Shown here piece by piece: positions 62,966-64,000 of a stretch of DNA of 64,000 bases (position 1 is the stretch's first letter; every line of letters begins with the position of its first letter). Under the pieces are notes generated by a model that searched no databases, was not told the origin of the DNA, and saw only the letters and a program-made list of their open reading frames with translations. The DNA comes from Takakia lepidozioides. Taxonomy: Eukaryota; Plantae; Bryophyta. Both the position numbers and the translations under genes were made by a program. The stretch spans positions 58,032,001-58,096,000 of the forward strand of contig CM060732.1 of NCBI GenBank assembly GCA_030704615.1. Reading direction: 5' to 3'.

Positions 62966-64000
62966 GGGGGTGATGGTTGAACCCGGGGCGGGGATTACAG
63001 GAAACTAGCGGACTGCTGGAAGCGGCGGACTGGTGTCGCAGAACGACAACGCAGGGGCGACGACGCCGATGGGATGAGGGCGGGGGTGGGGAGGGATTGA
63101 CCGAGCCCAGCCGGCTGCCTTTCAATGTCTGCCGGAGGCGAAGAACCGGCGGTATGGGTGTCAGGGCTGGACCGTCCTGACGCGCTTGCATTAAGTTCTT
63201 ACATTATTCCTATTATCTTCCCTTGTCATGCAAGGTTTGAAACCACAACTAGCAGGACTGCACTACGATACCTATCACTTTCTTCTCAGCCTTCAAACTT
63301 TTTTGATTTATTCTATATTTCGACATGGAATTGAGTATGCACCTAAGGAGAGGCCCTCCCCTAGGTCTGCGGGTCTGCCAGTGGGGCATGAGGAGACCCT
63401 TCAAGCTGCAGACCATCCGTGCAGACCCATGGGCCGTGGGGTGGGGGTCACCCTCTCCTTTTTGCGGGCCCCACCATGTGTGGGCCCGCAGAGCATTCAA
63501 GACGGTATTAATCTAAAATGAGATTTGTCTGTACACACAGCTTGAGACTATGTACTTCTAAGACACATGTGATTAGTTATCCATCGACATTCTTTTGGAA
63601 AACCATGGCTGAGGGATCATCGCGTTTGACGTCATCAGCTTCTTTCCCGAATTGTGTCCATTTTGCAGCACTCATATTTTGCTTCATGCACGGGCATACC
63701 CTGTCGTCGAGCAGTAATTTCAACAGTGAGAGCCTGCTATGTCAATTTTGGTCTCTTCTCCTTAGTTACTGGATTACCACCATGTCACACCATGTCGCAG
63801 TTGCGAGGTCGAGTGTCATGATTTAGATAAGAAGTGGACTGCTAACGTCGTGACTATGGTGTCCGTGGCGTTCAGGTAGTGCGTTCAGCTATCTTATATC
63901 TTACGCCGCAGAGGAGGGAATCAGAATTTTGTCACAAGGGAAATTCATAGTTCCTGACTGCTTTCCAGGAAATGAGAGAAATAAGTATTGTTTTGCATCC

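Larger units (their letters stand above)
49237..63221. mobile_element. 13,985-bp Mutator-like element (MULE) with foldback-type TIRs, transposase and Ulp1-protease passenger gene
   Basis: Perfect 9-bp TSD CTTGTCATG (49228-49236 / 63222-63230); TIRs collinear for about 420 bp then continuing as inverted minisatellite arrays; DDE-SWIM transposase inside. Confidence 0.95.
49034..63526. mobile_element. Mutator-type MITE of about 0.5 kb (49034-49236 plus 63231-63526) split by the large element
   Basis: About 33-bp imperfect TIR (..TCTCATTTT(G/A)GATTAATA(G/C)CGTCTTGAATG); perfect 9-bp TSD GTCTGTACA at 49025-49033 and 63527-63535. Confidence 0.88.
48181..64000 (+). pseudogene. GAPN: Non-phosphorylating NADP-glyceraldehyde-3-phosphate dehydrogenase (ALDH11), apparently frameshifted; exons ~48181-48357, 48743-48936, 63876-beyond window
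   Basis: YKYYLDGEWKVSSSGKSVPIINP / KIQYKVQ-ACTQDEVNK..WAKTPLWKRAE..CLVKEVAK..DAITE / VVRS.DLISYAAEEGIRIL..FPGNERNKYC; frameshifts near 48335 and 63890; 14.9-kb intron. Confidence 0.88.

Overview
Repeat-rich nuclear DNA of a land plant; the long single-exon PLS-DYW PPR gene and the gene styles suggest a non-seed lineage (inference). 1-29 kb is a nested pile of one Ty3/gypsy chromovirus family (about 720-bp LTRs, tRNA-iMet PBS, group I chromodomain) inserted into decayed LINE fragments. 29.8-32 kb holds three MITEs from three DNA-transposon superfamilies. Host genes follow: a 10-exon plastid-type 13-lipoxygenase, a PLS-E-DYW PPR editing factor, an F-box gene interrupted by an in-frame TAG in the exact TMV readthrough context (TAG-CAA-TTA), and a frameshifted GAPN/ALDH11 gene. 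The most unusual feature lies in a GAPN intron: a 13,985-bp Mutator-like element (9-bp TSD, foldback-type TIRs built from GGGTTACA minisatellites) nested in a 0.5-kb Mutator MITE. It carries a DDE/SWIM transposase resembling a domesticated plant SWIM gene family and a convergent zinc-finger/Ulp1-protease gene. Both genes are cut inside introns by one ~6-kb internal inversion, and flipping it back restores splice-phase-compatible genes. All coordinates and alignments were read by eye; no searches were run.
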